Below are positions 43,001 through 55,600 of a DNA stretch of 64,000 bases, piece after piece. The stretch is taken from positions 62,001-126,000 of the forward strand of contig NIVC01000810.1 in assembly GCA_002269645.1 (NCBI GenBank), given 5' to 3'. The stretch's first letter is position 1. The number at the start of each line of letters is the position of its first letter. Made by a program: the position numbers and the translations under genes. Source of the DNA: Macrostomum lignano. Lineage: Eukaryota. The notes below the pieces were generated by a model, which did not search any database, was not told the DNA's origin, and saw only the letters and a program-made list of their open reading frames with translations.

Positions 43001-46000
43001 ATATCGGTGCAAAGTCGTACTTTGAGGTGAAACTGCAATCAGAATATAAGAATGGAAACATATCTTGCAGCATAAAATGCAGTGACAGCACAAATATAGC
43101 ACCAGTAACACTGCGCCTGCCTAAGCTACTCGGTGAGTTCTCACAGCTGGCTCTCACCGCAGCAATCGCCTTAGCACTCCCGACTCGAACCGTTTCAGAG
43201 GCCTGCAGCACTCGGTTTCTGCTTCCCCCAGACTCCAGCTGGATAGATGGAGCGACTGTCAATCTGACAGCTGACTCATCTCAAGGAAACTGGGTGACAA
43301 CCAGTCATAGCTGCTTTCTGCTGTCGGAGGGAGTCCCGAACTCGACACTGCGGATTGTCTCGGTGAGTATTTTACAGTTTTGCCGCCGAGACCTGCAGAA
43401 AGCATGGTGTGAAATGAACTCATTCCAGAGCACAAACTTGAGCAGCACATTCTCAGTAACTGTGAGCAGACGGTGGGGCAGCAGCGCATCCGTTGCGTGT
43501 CTGGTGAATCAGTCGGGACTGATCGAGACCTGGGCCCGGCATCCGCTGCCAGCTGCTCTGTGTGAGTCACGTGATGGATAGCTGACTATCATTATTTGCA
43601 ACAGCATGTGGCTTCACATATATAGTTTTTTCAGTTGGTACACAATTTGTACACAATAGCCAACTGCATATGCAAACACTGCAGACCCCGTGCGGAGCGC
43701 CTCCATCAGGCTGGCCGCACCGCAGATCCGAGCGAATTCCCCAGCTCAAATTCTGCTGCTCGCCTCTGACCGCGGCAATCCTCCGGCTCTGCACAGCTGC
43801 TCTGCTTCCGGAAGGAATCTCACACAGATTATGGTAAGGCTGTAGTTTTCAATATTCGACTGACAGGTGATACTTAACAATAACCTCATCCCCTAAACTG
43901 ATTGCAGCCTCCATCTGCATCAAATGCTTCATCGCTATGGACACTGAACGCTCTGGCCGGAGACAAGGACAACGGACAGCAAATTCAGTGTGATCTCTTG
44001 CAGATGACTGAAAGCAGCACAGTTTTGTTCAACAAGTCAGTAGTCAGTGACAAACTCGATGTGCTCTGTGAGTTCGGGTCGTTTTTGTTTCCCATTGTCA
44101 TGATTCTGAGTGGATGGAACGCAATTCAAATGAATTGATTTGTACAACAGATGCGTCAAGGAACTCATGGAATGCAACTCAGCCTCTGGTGACGAAGGGG
44201 GGCGAGCCCGTGTCAGTCTCAGTTCGGTCAGTCGGTGGCAACCCTGAGCCCAGTCACCGGTGCTGGCTGCGGACAGCTCAGGGTGTGAATATAAGCATGA
44301 GCAGCACTGATGGAACTCAGTCGGATCAGACAGGCAGCAGAGCGAAGAGCACCAACTTCAGCGCGAACTCCACGAGGCGGATGGACGGAGCGGCTTTGCT
44401 GTGCCGGGTGTTTCAGCAGAATTTCACTGATCTGGCTGGAGATTTCCAGCAAAATGTGACCGTTTATTGTGAGCTGCACTTTATGCATGCTGTATGTGTA
44501 CATAGCTCATGGTGCTTCAGCTAGACACATTTCTCGGATAGCAAATGCTGCATTGGTTGGTGAAGCAGAGCAAGCAATGTGGAATGAATTTCAATGTGAA
44601 AACGACATTTTCTTCAATTCAGACAAATATTTGTATTTGCAAGCCACTAATCTATTAGTAATGTATGTAATTACTATATAGAATTATGCTCATCTGAGAA
44701 AGGTTAAGCTGAATATGCTCTCATGCTCTTGGCTTGACGATTGTCCTTGAGATTGTATTGTGAGCCACAATTTAAAAATGAAATCAGGCTGGATTTCATG
44801 TGTACATAGCTTAGATGTGTACACAGCTTATGGTACTTCAGCTAGACATATTTCTGATAGGAAATGATGCATTGATTGGTTTAGCAGAGCAAGTAATGCC
44901 GAATGAATTTCAAAATGAAATCGACATTCGCTTCAATACAGATAAATGTTTTCTCATACCGGATTCTTAAGCCATTCGTCTATTAGTAATAATTACTATA
45001 TAGAAGCATACTCATCTGAAAAAGGGGGAAATGAAATTATATCATGCTCTTGGCTTGACGATTGTCAAATTGAATATAGTACACAAGGTACTTCTATCCC
45101 TTTCCACTCGCATAAATCTTGGTGTACAGTCTGTCTGTAACTTGCATGTGCATATAGACTTTGTTAAGAAAATCGTAGGTAATTGTTCCTGAAATAATTC
45201 ATCCTTATGTTCAACTCTCAGATCCCATCAGCAGCGCATCTCTCAGAGTCCCTTCAGGCGGTATTCGAAGTGGCTCAAATGTTAAAGTTGAGCTGCTGGC
45301 CTCTGATCGGGGAAATCCGCCTGCTCAGCATTTCTGTCAGCTGGATGGAAGAAGTTTGAGCAAAGAAAAGGTAATGAAATTCGAATCAGTTAACAAAAGC
45401 CCAGTCTATAATATTTAGCTCCTACTTAATAAATTTGTTTTTTTCAGGAACCATCAGAGTCGAATGCATCCTCTGTGTGGGCATTCAGTGCACAGGCCAG
45501 TGACAATGGGCTGAGAGTCGCCTGCCAAGCCGTGCAAGCTGCTGCAGACGGTCCAGCCGTGTTTAACCTGTCAGTGAGCAGCGAGCCACTCAGTGTGCTG
45601 TGTGAGTTTTCTGATCACCGAAATTACCCATTAAGCGACTGTCTGTTGATAGTTTCCAAGAAACATTGATTTCTAACTCTAAATTAAAAGATTTTTCCCT
45701 ACTAAATCAGGAAAAATTCACCGCAAAATATAGTTTTGAAAAGACTAAAACCAAGTTCGGTTCGTTTTAGTGGAGCGAAAAATCAATCACTGTACTCGTA
45801 AACTTAGTTTAGTATCCACAGAAGCATACGGGATATAAAATATTTAAATATTTATATTATATGTAATATAATATGCAACAACATTTTCTGTCATGCACAG
45901 ATCCACCGAACAACTCGTGGACTGCAACTCAGCCTCTGGTGATGAAGGAGGGCGAGCCCGTGTCAGTCTCAGTTCGGTCAGTCGGTGGCAACCCTGAGCC

Positions 46001-49000
46001 CAGTCACCGGTGCTGGCTGCGGACAGCTCAGGGTGGGAATATAAGCATGACCAGCACTGATGGAACTCATTCAGAACAGACAGGCAGCAGAGCGAAGAGC
46101 AACAACTTCAGTGCCAGCTCCACGAGGCAGATGGACGGCGGCTCAGTGGCGTGCAGCGTCTCTCAGGCGGGCCTCGAAGATCTGAGCAGCAATTTTCGGC
46201 AAAACATCACCGTTTTCTGTAAGCAAGTTTATTGTACAAATTTTCTTTTGAGTTTTGTAATTTCAAGTGGAAACTAGAACAACAACGTTAGTTCATTAGT
46301 TTTATTTACAGTCGATTAGAAAGTCTGATCTCTAAAACATAAATGCTGCATTTTCTTGGTCCCGAGTTCGAACTAGCTTCAGACTAGCTCAATTCACTTT
46401 TCTCAATTTGTCCAATTCATTTTACGTTAGCATCACAGTCTTTAGATAAACAGGTGGGAAAGATGGGTAGAAAGAAGATTCTTTGAGTTTAGTGTCTATC
46501 CTGACATGCTGCAGGTATTCGATGAACAGCAAATTTGTAGGAAGCATCCGAAGCAATGCGCTTCAAAGAGTGTCACATTAAATAGGGTACAGTAACTGAA
46601 TTTCTGCTCCAATATTTGAATATTCATATACATATTTTTCTTTCTATAACGACAAACATCCATCAATATTCTGGATTTTAAAAGCATGACAGAACCAGCT
46701 TGAAATAAACCTTCATTTCAGTCCAACCGAAAATTACTGAGATACTCAACCTGAACTCAATCATGCATGAGGACTTCCACGAGAACTTCACAATCAAGTC
46801 GACCAAGGGAAATCCGAGAGTTAATCACAGCTGTTTAGTCAATGGAAAAATAATTGTGAGGCCTCGTACGATCGGGAAGTTTTATTCATTGTAGCGTAGC
46901 TAAACCGTGTGAAGTTGAGCAAAACTCTCCAATTTCAGACAATAACTAATCAAATCAGTAATTCGAATAGATCCGAGACCCGCATGACTTTCACGCCTCA
47001 TAGAAGTCACAGCGAACTTTTGTGCTCAGCTCTGCAGTTGAGCAGCAACTCAGAAGTTGTCTTTAATGCTACTGTCTACAGGAATTTTACAGTTTACTGT
47101 AAGTGTCGAATATTTAACCTCATACGTTAAAAATCTTGAACAGGCCTCAATCCTGCTGGTTAAAAATCGCAGACAAGGCCAACAACTCACAGTTTAACAG
47201 TCTGAACTCCAACAACGTGACAGAAGGCAGCGAGTTGAACGTCACGCTGGTGTCAGTTGGAGGCAGACCGCCCGTCAGAAGTTTTAGCTGCTGGGTTGGA
47301 GAGGACCAACTCAGTGAAGTGAGTGCAGTGAGCTTTCGAGTACAGCCACATCGGTTATTGATTTCATAACATTACATGATTACAGATCAGACCGGCATCA
47401 AATACTTCTTCGATGAAAGAAACATCAAAGAGGCATCTCACGCTTCGAGCGTCTAGAAGGCACCACAACAAGAGCCTCTGTTGCAAGTTTGAGCAGGACG
47501 AAGTTCTGACTGAATGGAATAACAAAAGCTTGGTTATTTTTTGTAAGTATTTTGTTTCCTAATGTAAACTGGGAAAGCAGGATATGCATCATCCAGAATT
47601 CTGTACTTTCAGACGAGCCCTTCGTAAATCTGTCCGACAAAAGCTTTAACGGAACCAGTTTTTCTGCAATGCTGAACATCTCCGATGGCAATCCGAGTCC
47701 CGAGACTCGGTGCTTTGCGGACGGAGTTCAGCTGGTCAGTCAGCCGCAACAAATTTAGTCATATCTTCTAATTACGAGCTATTGCAACTGTCTCATGCTC
47801 GTTGTAGAATGACACGGCGTCAGCTCTTCTGACAGGCCAGGCCACTCACAGCTTGACTCACCTGCTCGAGGCTCACAACGATCAAATCAACATTTCCTGC
47901 GTGATTTCGCAACAAGGAAAAGTGAATTTCTCCAAGACCCATTATTGGGTTCTCAACTCGACAGATGATGCTCCGAGTGAGTATTGCTTCGAATGCTGTG
48001 AAATCTATTAATAACTATGAATTTGAGCATCCAATTCTTTTTGTCTTGGATCTAAAGCTTTCGAGCTTAATTAAAGCCTAATTAAAGTTTGCACGCCAAT
48101 AATAAAAAAGCAAAGTATTGATCGAAAGAAGCAAATGCATCGTAGAAGTAGTAGCTTGTGAATCTTTTTCGATAGATTTAGCGATAAACTCAAAAAATAA
48201 TTTCTTAAATACTTATAACAGATAATTAACTATGCTTTGCACTAAAATGTCACGGTCTGGGCTATTTTAAATTCTAGCTAAACTGCCAATCATCCGAGGC
48301 AATGGAAACAAAAATCTGCTATTTCTGCTGCTATTGCTGCTTCTGCTGTTGCTGCTTCTAGTGGCCGTGCCAGTTCTGCTGCGTCGCCGTCGCGGGGTCA
48401 CCCTGGGAGAGCCGTCGGGCAAGCAGGTCAATGACTTATATCGCCGCACGTCGTTGGAACTGGAGCAGGACTTCATGCGGTCGCACTACCTGTACAAGGT
48501 TGGATTCAGAGAAATTTGTTGTGTACGAGCTAAAGCGTTAGACAGAAGTTCCAACTTAGGCATGTAGTCACCAGTTGTGGCAACATCTAAACTACCCTGG
48601 CGCACTTTAAGCGACATTTTCACACAACCGGCGAGAGGCATTACTGCCCATTCAGCCGACTCCCCTGAGCAAAGGCACACAAGCGCGCGGATACGTACGC
48701 AGTCATACGCACAGGCACACACTCACACAGGAGTGAATGAGCGGCCCTAACTTTATTTACACTATGTACACTTCACTGTGCCTTGGAGGTTGGCCCTCAA
48801 GGATGTTAATTGCACGAGCAGAGCCAAGCCGAGATTTCAATTTAGCCCCAAATTAATGCGACTGCACTAGGAATCGAGCCTGGGCCGCTGGCACATCAGA
48901 GCGCCACACTGGACCACTGGGCTACGCCCCCGCATGCGGGATTGGATAAGTCTATGGTCAAACCACGCGATATAGGGCAGGATTGATTATGTCAATAGGT

Positions 49001-49278
49001 TAGCCTCATCAGACTCAGGCTCTCGCAAGGCATTTTCCTAATACAAGTAATTTTCCGTAGCAAAAATCCAAGTATTTTTTCCGGTTATATTTTACACTGT
49101 TGCACGATACCGAGTTGCTCTCTGCACCCATTCGCTCTGCCATTTGTAGAATCTACTGAACAACACCGAATATGCCACGGTGATCGGGTCGGGCACTGAC
49201 CCGTCGGACAGCCTGGAGACTCTGTACCTGCACATCGTTGGTCACATGGACGACGATGGGAATATGGTGTTCGCTTGA
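40093..49278 (+). CDS. G3: lectin-like + ~9 Ig-like domain type I membrane receptor with long Tyr-motif tail
   Basis: Signal exon 40093-40147 (MDLQLKLFLCFAVYCFRN, phase 1). Lectin-like exon 40981-41199. Further exons from ~41589 to ~47977. TM exon 48278-48498 (NLLFLLLLLLLLLLLLVAVPVLLRRRR). Last exon 49150-49278 (NLLNNTEYATVIGSGTDPSDSLETLYLHIVGHMDDDGNMVFA*). The donor at 48499 (GTTGGA) is weak. Confidence 0.85.
41265..41527. repeat. 17-bp minisatellite, ~15 units, equivalent intron of G3
   Basis: Reverse complement of the 33246-34085 unit at the homologous position. Confidence 0.97.
48545..48930 (-). mobile_element. tRNA-derived SINE, family B (copy 2) in the G3 intron between the TM and tail exons
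   Basis: Minus-strand head GGGGGCGTAGCCCAGTGGTCCAGTG...GGCTCGATTCCTAG; homologous to 10800-11165. Confidence 0.75.
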
Positions 49279-49290
49279 GAGACGCCTTTG

Positions 49291-50785
49291 TATTGGAGAA
49301 TTGTATTGGGGGAATTGTATTGGGGGAATTGTATTGGGGAATTGTATTGGGGGAATTGTATTGGGGGAATTGTATTGGGGAATTGTATTGGGGGAATTGT
49401 ATTGGGGGAATTGTATTGGGGAATTGTATTGGGGGAATTGTATTGGGGGAATTGTATTTTGGGAATCGTACTGGTGAATTTTATTGGGGAATTGTATGGA
49501 GGAATTGTACTGGGAAATTGTATTGAGGAATTGAATTTGAGGGAATTGTATTGGAGGAATTGTACTGGGAAATTGTATTGAGGAATTGAATTTGAGGGAA
49601 TTGTATTGGAGGAATTGTACTGGGAAATTGTATTGAGGAATTGAATTTGAGGGAATTGTATTGGGGGAATTGTACTGGGAAATTGTATTGAGGAATTGAA
49701 TTTGAGGGAATTGTATTGGGGGAATTGTATTGAGGAATTGAATTTGAGAAAATTGTATTGGGGGAATTGTACTGGGAAATTGTATTGAGGAATTGAATTT
49801 GAGGGAATTGTATTGGTAGCGATGCTCGTTTAATAAGTAATAGAAAAATGAAGCTTAACACCAACATAAAAGTTTTATTGAATTGTATTGGGGGAATTGT
49901 ATTGGGGGAATTGTATTGGGGGAATTTTATTGGGGGAATTGTATTGGGGGAATTGTATTGGGGGAATTGTATTGGGGGAATTGTATTGGGGGAATTGTAT
50001 TGGGGGAATTGTACTGGGAAATTGTATTGAGGAATTGAATTTGAGGGAATTGTATTGGGGGAATTGTACTGGGAAATTGTATTGAGGAATTGAATTTGAG
50101 GGAATTGTATTGGGGGAATTGTATTGAGGAATTGAATTTGAGGGAATTGTATTGGGGGAATTGTACTGGGAAATTGTATTGAGGAATTGAATTTGAGGGA
50201 ATTGTATTGGTAGCGATGCTCGTTTAATAAGTAATAGAAAAATGAAGCTTAACACCAACATAAAAGTTTTATTGAATTGTATTGGGGGAATTGTATTGGG
50301 GGAATTGTATTGGGGGAATTGTATTGGGGGAATTGTATTGGGGGAATTGTATTGGGGAATTGTATTGGGGGAATTGTATTGGGGGAATTGTATTGGGGGA
50401 ATTGTATTGGGGAATTGTATTGGGGGAATTGTATTGGGGGAATTGTATTGGGGGAATTGTATTGGGGGAATTGTATTGGGGGAATTGTATTGGGGAATTG
50501 TATTGGGGGAATTGTATTGGGGGAATTGTATTGGGGGAATTGTATTGGGGGAATTGTATTGGGGGAATTGTATTGGGGGAATTGTATTGGGGAATTGTAT
50601 TGGGGGAATTGTATTGGGGGAATTGTATTGGGGAATTGTATTGGGGAATTGTATTGGGGGAATTGTATTGGGGGAATTGTATTGGGGGAATTGTATTGGG
50701 GGAATTGTATTGGGGAATTGTACTGGTGAATTGTATTGGGGGAATTGTATTGGGGGAATTGTATTGAGAGAATCGTATTGGAAGA
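49291..50785. repeat. G-rich 14-15-bp satellite (GGGGGAATTGTATT)n with a duplicated ~65-bp unique spacer
   Basis: Tandem units. The spacer GGTAGCGATGCTC...AAAAGTTTTATTG occurs at ~49815 and ~50209. Confidence 0.95.
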
Positions 50786-51685
50786 ATTGTCTGTAGAATT
50801 CAAAATTTTCTAATCTTCCTTATTGACACTGTTACAACACACCAAAGCATATGCGCTTGTACCCACAGGTATTAACTGCAATGGCCTTTAAATAGGGTCA
50901 ACATAAAACTTTCTACTTTATGCTACTCTGCAACTCCAGTATCTCCAGTTGTATCCAAGCATTTTCCAAGCAATTTCAGCTCAAACTTGAGCTCTGAACT
51001 GCATGACTAAAGACTCATCTCAATGCGGATGCATGATTCAAATAATAGACCCAAACATTTATGAACCACAATGTTTATATTGTACTCCAGCAAGATTCCC
51101 CTAAAGGGTATGCAACCGTATCTAAGCACTAACTGATACTTTTGTTAGCAAAAGCATCTATAATTCAAATTCGATATGAATTCCTGTTTATTCTGCCCGA
51201 CTGTGGTTTCAAGTCTTGGCGACTTTTGTGAATGTTTATGCATTAATATTTGCTTCTAAATATGGAATCATCATTGCGTTTTAGTCACCTGTTTCGTTTA
51301 GAAACTCCAAAGACCTGTGCTCTCCAATCCTGTAAACTATCCGATTCCAGTAACTTTTGACAGTTACTAATTTTAGCATTGCTATCTAATTGAAGAGAGA
51401 ATGTTTGCTTGTCTGAGACAAACATACCAGAGGCATATCACAGTTCAGCATCTTATTCCAGATAATATATAACTTTTTCTTTACATAGAAGACTTTATAA
51501 CTTCGCTTCCGGCAGAGATTGTGGTTGTGGAACTTCTAAGCTAAAACTGACTTTTAAATTCAAAATTACCTGAATGTTCAGGCTAATTTGCAAATTGTGT
51601 ACGAACTAAAGAGAATGGATGGCAGAATGCAGGGAAAGATATTGGGTTTTAGAGTTATTCAACTTTACACCACATGCCTGTCTGA

Positions 51686-51882
51686 ATTAGACAGGATTAG
51701 ACAAGATTAGACAGGATTAGACAAGATTAGACAAGATTAGACAAGATTAGACAGGATTAGACAATATTAGACAAGATTAGACAGGATTAGACAAGATTCG
51801 ACAAGATTAGACAACATTAGACAAGATTCGACAAGATTCGACAAGATTAGACAAGATTAGACAAGATTAGACAAGAATAGAC
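51686..51882. repeat. 10-bp minisatellite (TTAGACAAGA)n
   Basis: About 20 tandem units. Confidence 0.95.
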
Positions 51883-52107
51883 CAAATTTTTCAGGATATA
51901 CCTTTCTCCAATTCATTAATTTATATCTAACATTCAACGATTCCGCATTGTAAACGAATCGTGACGAACAACAGACAAGAGAGATCAGTTGCAAAACCTG
52001 ACTTTATCCAGCACGGATATTAAAGCGAATTCGTCCATCTGTTTGATTTGGCCATCACTAGAATAAGAGACAATCAGAAGAATTTTTAAATTATTATTAA
52101 TTACACC

Positions 52108-52365
52108 TATCCTAATGGGCAGGTGTGCAACCGACAGCTCAGCCGCAGCTATTGCTGTACACGGCTGTTCAGCCCAAGGACTGGGGGGTCGCCACACACA
52201 CCCTCAATTACCCCAGCTAATGCTGGCACCCATTTTACAGCTGGGTAAACTGAAGCAATGCAGAGATAAGAGGCTTGCTCAAGGACACAAATTGTTACGA
52301 ATGGGTTGAGAATCGAACCCCAACCGTTACGTCGTGAGGCCGACGCTCTGACCACTCGGCTACAG
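52108..52365 (-). mobile_element. SINE family A copy
   Basis: Reverse-complement homology to 11967-12268. Confidence 0.8.
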
Positions 52366-52621
52366 TTCCCTGTTTAGAATTTAATTATTAGAAGAATTCA
52401 ACATTACAACTTACAAAATTGTCGAATTTCTGTCTCAACAAGCCGAAAAAATGCCCCCCCCGGATCTCATTGGTCGGCAGTTGCGATCAGTTGGTAAAAT
52501 TTATACACAGATTTTCTCAATAACAAGAAACGCGGCCTCGCACTCTGCTTCAAGGACTACTGAAATTTTTGTAGGCTAAGAAGCTTGGAAACTGCAACTC
52601 AAAAACGTTCGCCAATTTATC

Positions 52622-55600
52622 ATGAACTATTGCTTGATAATTCTGGCGATTCTCTGTTGCTTCTGGACCTGTGAGTTTGGGAAGGAATTATATATTAAAT
52701 GGGGAACAGGGACTGAACGTTTTCATATCAGAAGACCCCGAAATTCAATTCATTTAAATTCATCAACATGTCGACTGAATGAGTCTACATCAGCTGTCAA
52801 GCTGAGCTGAGTCAACGAGGATCATTAAGAGTCTCTATAGACGCCGTCCTGTCGCTAGAGCATGGTGGACTCCAGTTATTGTATCAAGAATTCTATAATT
52901 TCCTATGTCTAATCGACAGTTTCTAGTTTCTAAGCATTCGAAACGATAGTCAAGGGGCTAAAAATACCATCTCGTTCCTCTGTAGTTGTAGTTGTTTTCG
53001 AAAAACCTGACCTTGTGACAGAATTGTTGAAAAAAAAGCTCATGCAAAAGTTATTCCATGTCCTTGAATTCAATGTGCCTAGTTTCTTCGATGAACATAT
53101 AAATAGAATAAAAAGGACAAAAAACTAAAACCTGGGGACCGGGGAGTTGTACGTTAATAATATAGAAGCTTACATCGATTATCACTAAAACTTTACTATT
53201 AAATGTATGCTTTTAGCCCTTAAAAAGTTTAAATTTCTGACCAAATTTTTTTTTCAGGTCGTGCCATCAAGGTCGCCAGAGCTGATATCACCAATGCCTG
53301 GCAATCGTATGTGTACTATCACTCAGTCTCCAATTGCTTCATCAGATCTATAGACATGAGAGGGCAACGGTTCTATTTTCATACCCACGACACTCCGGAC
53401 CCCTCCGGCTACCAGTGGCTGCTGCTGAAACTGACCCGAAGTGTCCCAGTGCGCTCCATCACTTTCTATGGGAGACAGAAGGGTGAGCCCTGTCTCACCT
53501 TTTAGTATCAATCTGAACGATACGAGTATTTTGCATCTGAATTTTTCAATAAACTTTTCTCAGTCAGCCACAGAGCCCTGGGCATCGAAGTGCTGCTCAG
53601 TGAGGAGAAGCCAGCCGGTCTGGATGAGGATGCACCCAACTGCACTGCAGCCACTTTCAGTCACAGTCTGTCCGGATTCCAACACTGCGGCTTCACCAGA
53701 AATGACAGCAGCAAGTCAAACAGGTCGCACTTTGTAGATGAAGTGACCTGCTCAGCTGAGTGCGATGTCAAGGTTTGTCACCCAGTTGCTGCAACTCTTT
53801 CAATATTGGAATTCGCAGTGCTGCAGCATCACATTGCAGATGGCGCAGTATGTCCTGCTGAGGGAGTTCGTGGCCAATCAGACTGACAAGATGATGAACT
53901 TTGAGCTGCTTGAAATTGAAAAAGGGGACTGCTTTCGGCATAACAAAGACAGCAGCTCTTGTTGCTCTTCAGCTGACTTCTGTAAAGAACAACACACGGG
54001 ATGCTTTGTGGAAGACTTGTCTCAGCTGAGACGCGGTAATGAAGCGATGATTCGAGCTCGGCTCCCAGGAAACTGCAGAGCACCTGCTGCATCAAACTGC
54101 AGCATCAGAAACGGTAGTGATCTCTTGTATTTGAGTTCGGTAAGAGTTCGATTGAGATAAATACTTGAGCTTGCACCTGATATGGGAATTGAGCAGCACA
54201 TGTGGGCGTTCGCATTGCAGAGGGCGACCTTCAATGGCTCTCTGATTCTGGAACCTTTTACAGTGGAGCTGCAGATGCACGGGGCGGAGTTGAAGTGCCG
54301 ACACCGCTGCAGCGGTGGGACTGCGATTGGCACTTCGCACACACTGGGTGTGCAGTCCGCCAGTGAGTCAGGCTGGAAATCAGTTTTCCACAGAAATCTG
54401 CATACAAAATGCATACAAAAATCCATATGGCTATGTTGGATGTTAGTTTGCTTTGCAGGAAAAATATGGGAAATCAAAATGCGGAAGGGTTTGAGTAGTA
54501 AGTGGTGCAGGGCTCTCGACTGTCTTCATTGTTATGATTGCCTTTCGTTCTAATACTCATGTTTCTTAATTCTGTGGCGGTCACGCCACACGCGCGTATG
54601 CGCTCCAGCAGCCACCCCAACCCCGGCCGGGGAGGCCGGCACTATGTGCACGGTCGCTGTGCGTTGATTGGCTGCCCAGTGTACACCGCTGGCCAATATA
54701 ACTTTAGACTTTTGTCTCGCGCGCCTCCACCCTGCTACTTCAAATAAATTTTACGTGGCTAAACTCGCCACAGAATTAAGAAACATGAGTATTAGAACGA
54801 AAGGCAATCATAACAATGAAGACAGTCGAGAGCCCTGCTCCACTTACTACTCAAACCCTTCCAGAGCCCTGCACCACTCACTACTCAAACCCTTCCAGAG
54901 CCCTGCACCACTCACTACTCAAACCCTTCCAGAGCCCTGCACCACTCACTACTCAAACCCTTCCAGAGCCCTGCACCACTCACTACTCAAACCCTTCCAG
55001 AGCCCTGCACCACTCACTACTCAAACCCTTCCAGAGCCCTGCACCACTCACTACTCAAACCCTTCCAGAGCCCTGCACCACTCACTACTCAAACCCTTCC
55101 AGAGCCCTGCACCACTCACTACTCAAACCCTTCCAGAGCCCTGCACCACTCACTTGCTGCTCCCCGCAAACACCAGCTGGACAGACGGAGCAGCTGTCAA
55201 TCTGACAGCTGACACACCGGGTTGCTACTGGATGCCAATCAGCCACAGCTGCTCTGTGCAGTCACAGCGAAATGGAAACACAGCGCTTCAGCTGCTGTCA
55301 GTGAGTCTCACACTGACCCATGGTTGCACCTGTGTATTGGGTGCATGGCAACAATGACCTGACATTTAGCTGTGAAAACTGACTCATTTCAGAGCACGAA
55401 CTCAAGCAGCACATTCTCAGTGACTGTGAGCAGGAGCTGGGGAAGCTCAGCATCCGTTTTGTGTCGGGTGAACCAGTCAGGACTGTTCGATGTAACGGCT
55501 CGTCGCGAGCTGCCTGCAGTTCTGTGCAAGTGTCCATGTACTTCTGCTTGTTTTTGGATGCATGTTAAATTTTCGTATTGTCTCTTTCCATAAATTCTTT

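Noticed and set aside
49238-50803. GELYWGNCIGG repeat proteins
   Set aside because: Satellite downstream of the G3 stop; open in multiple frames.
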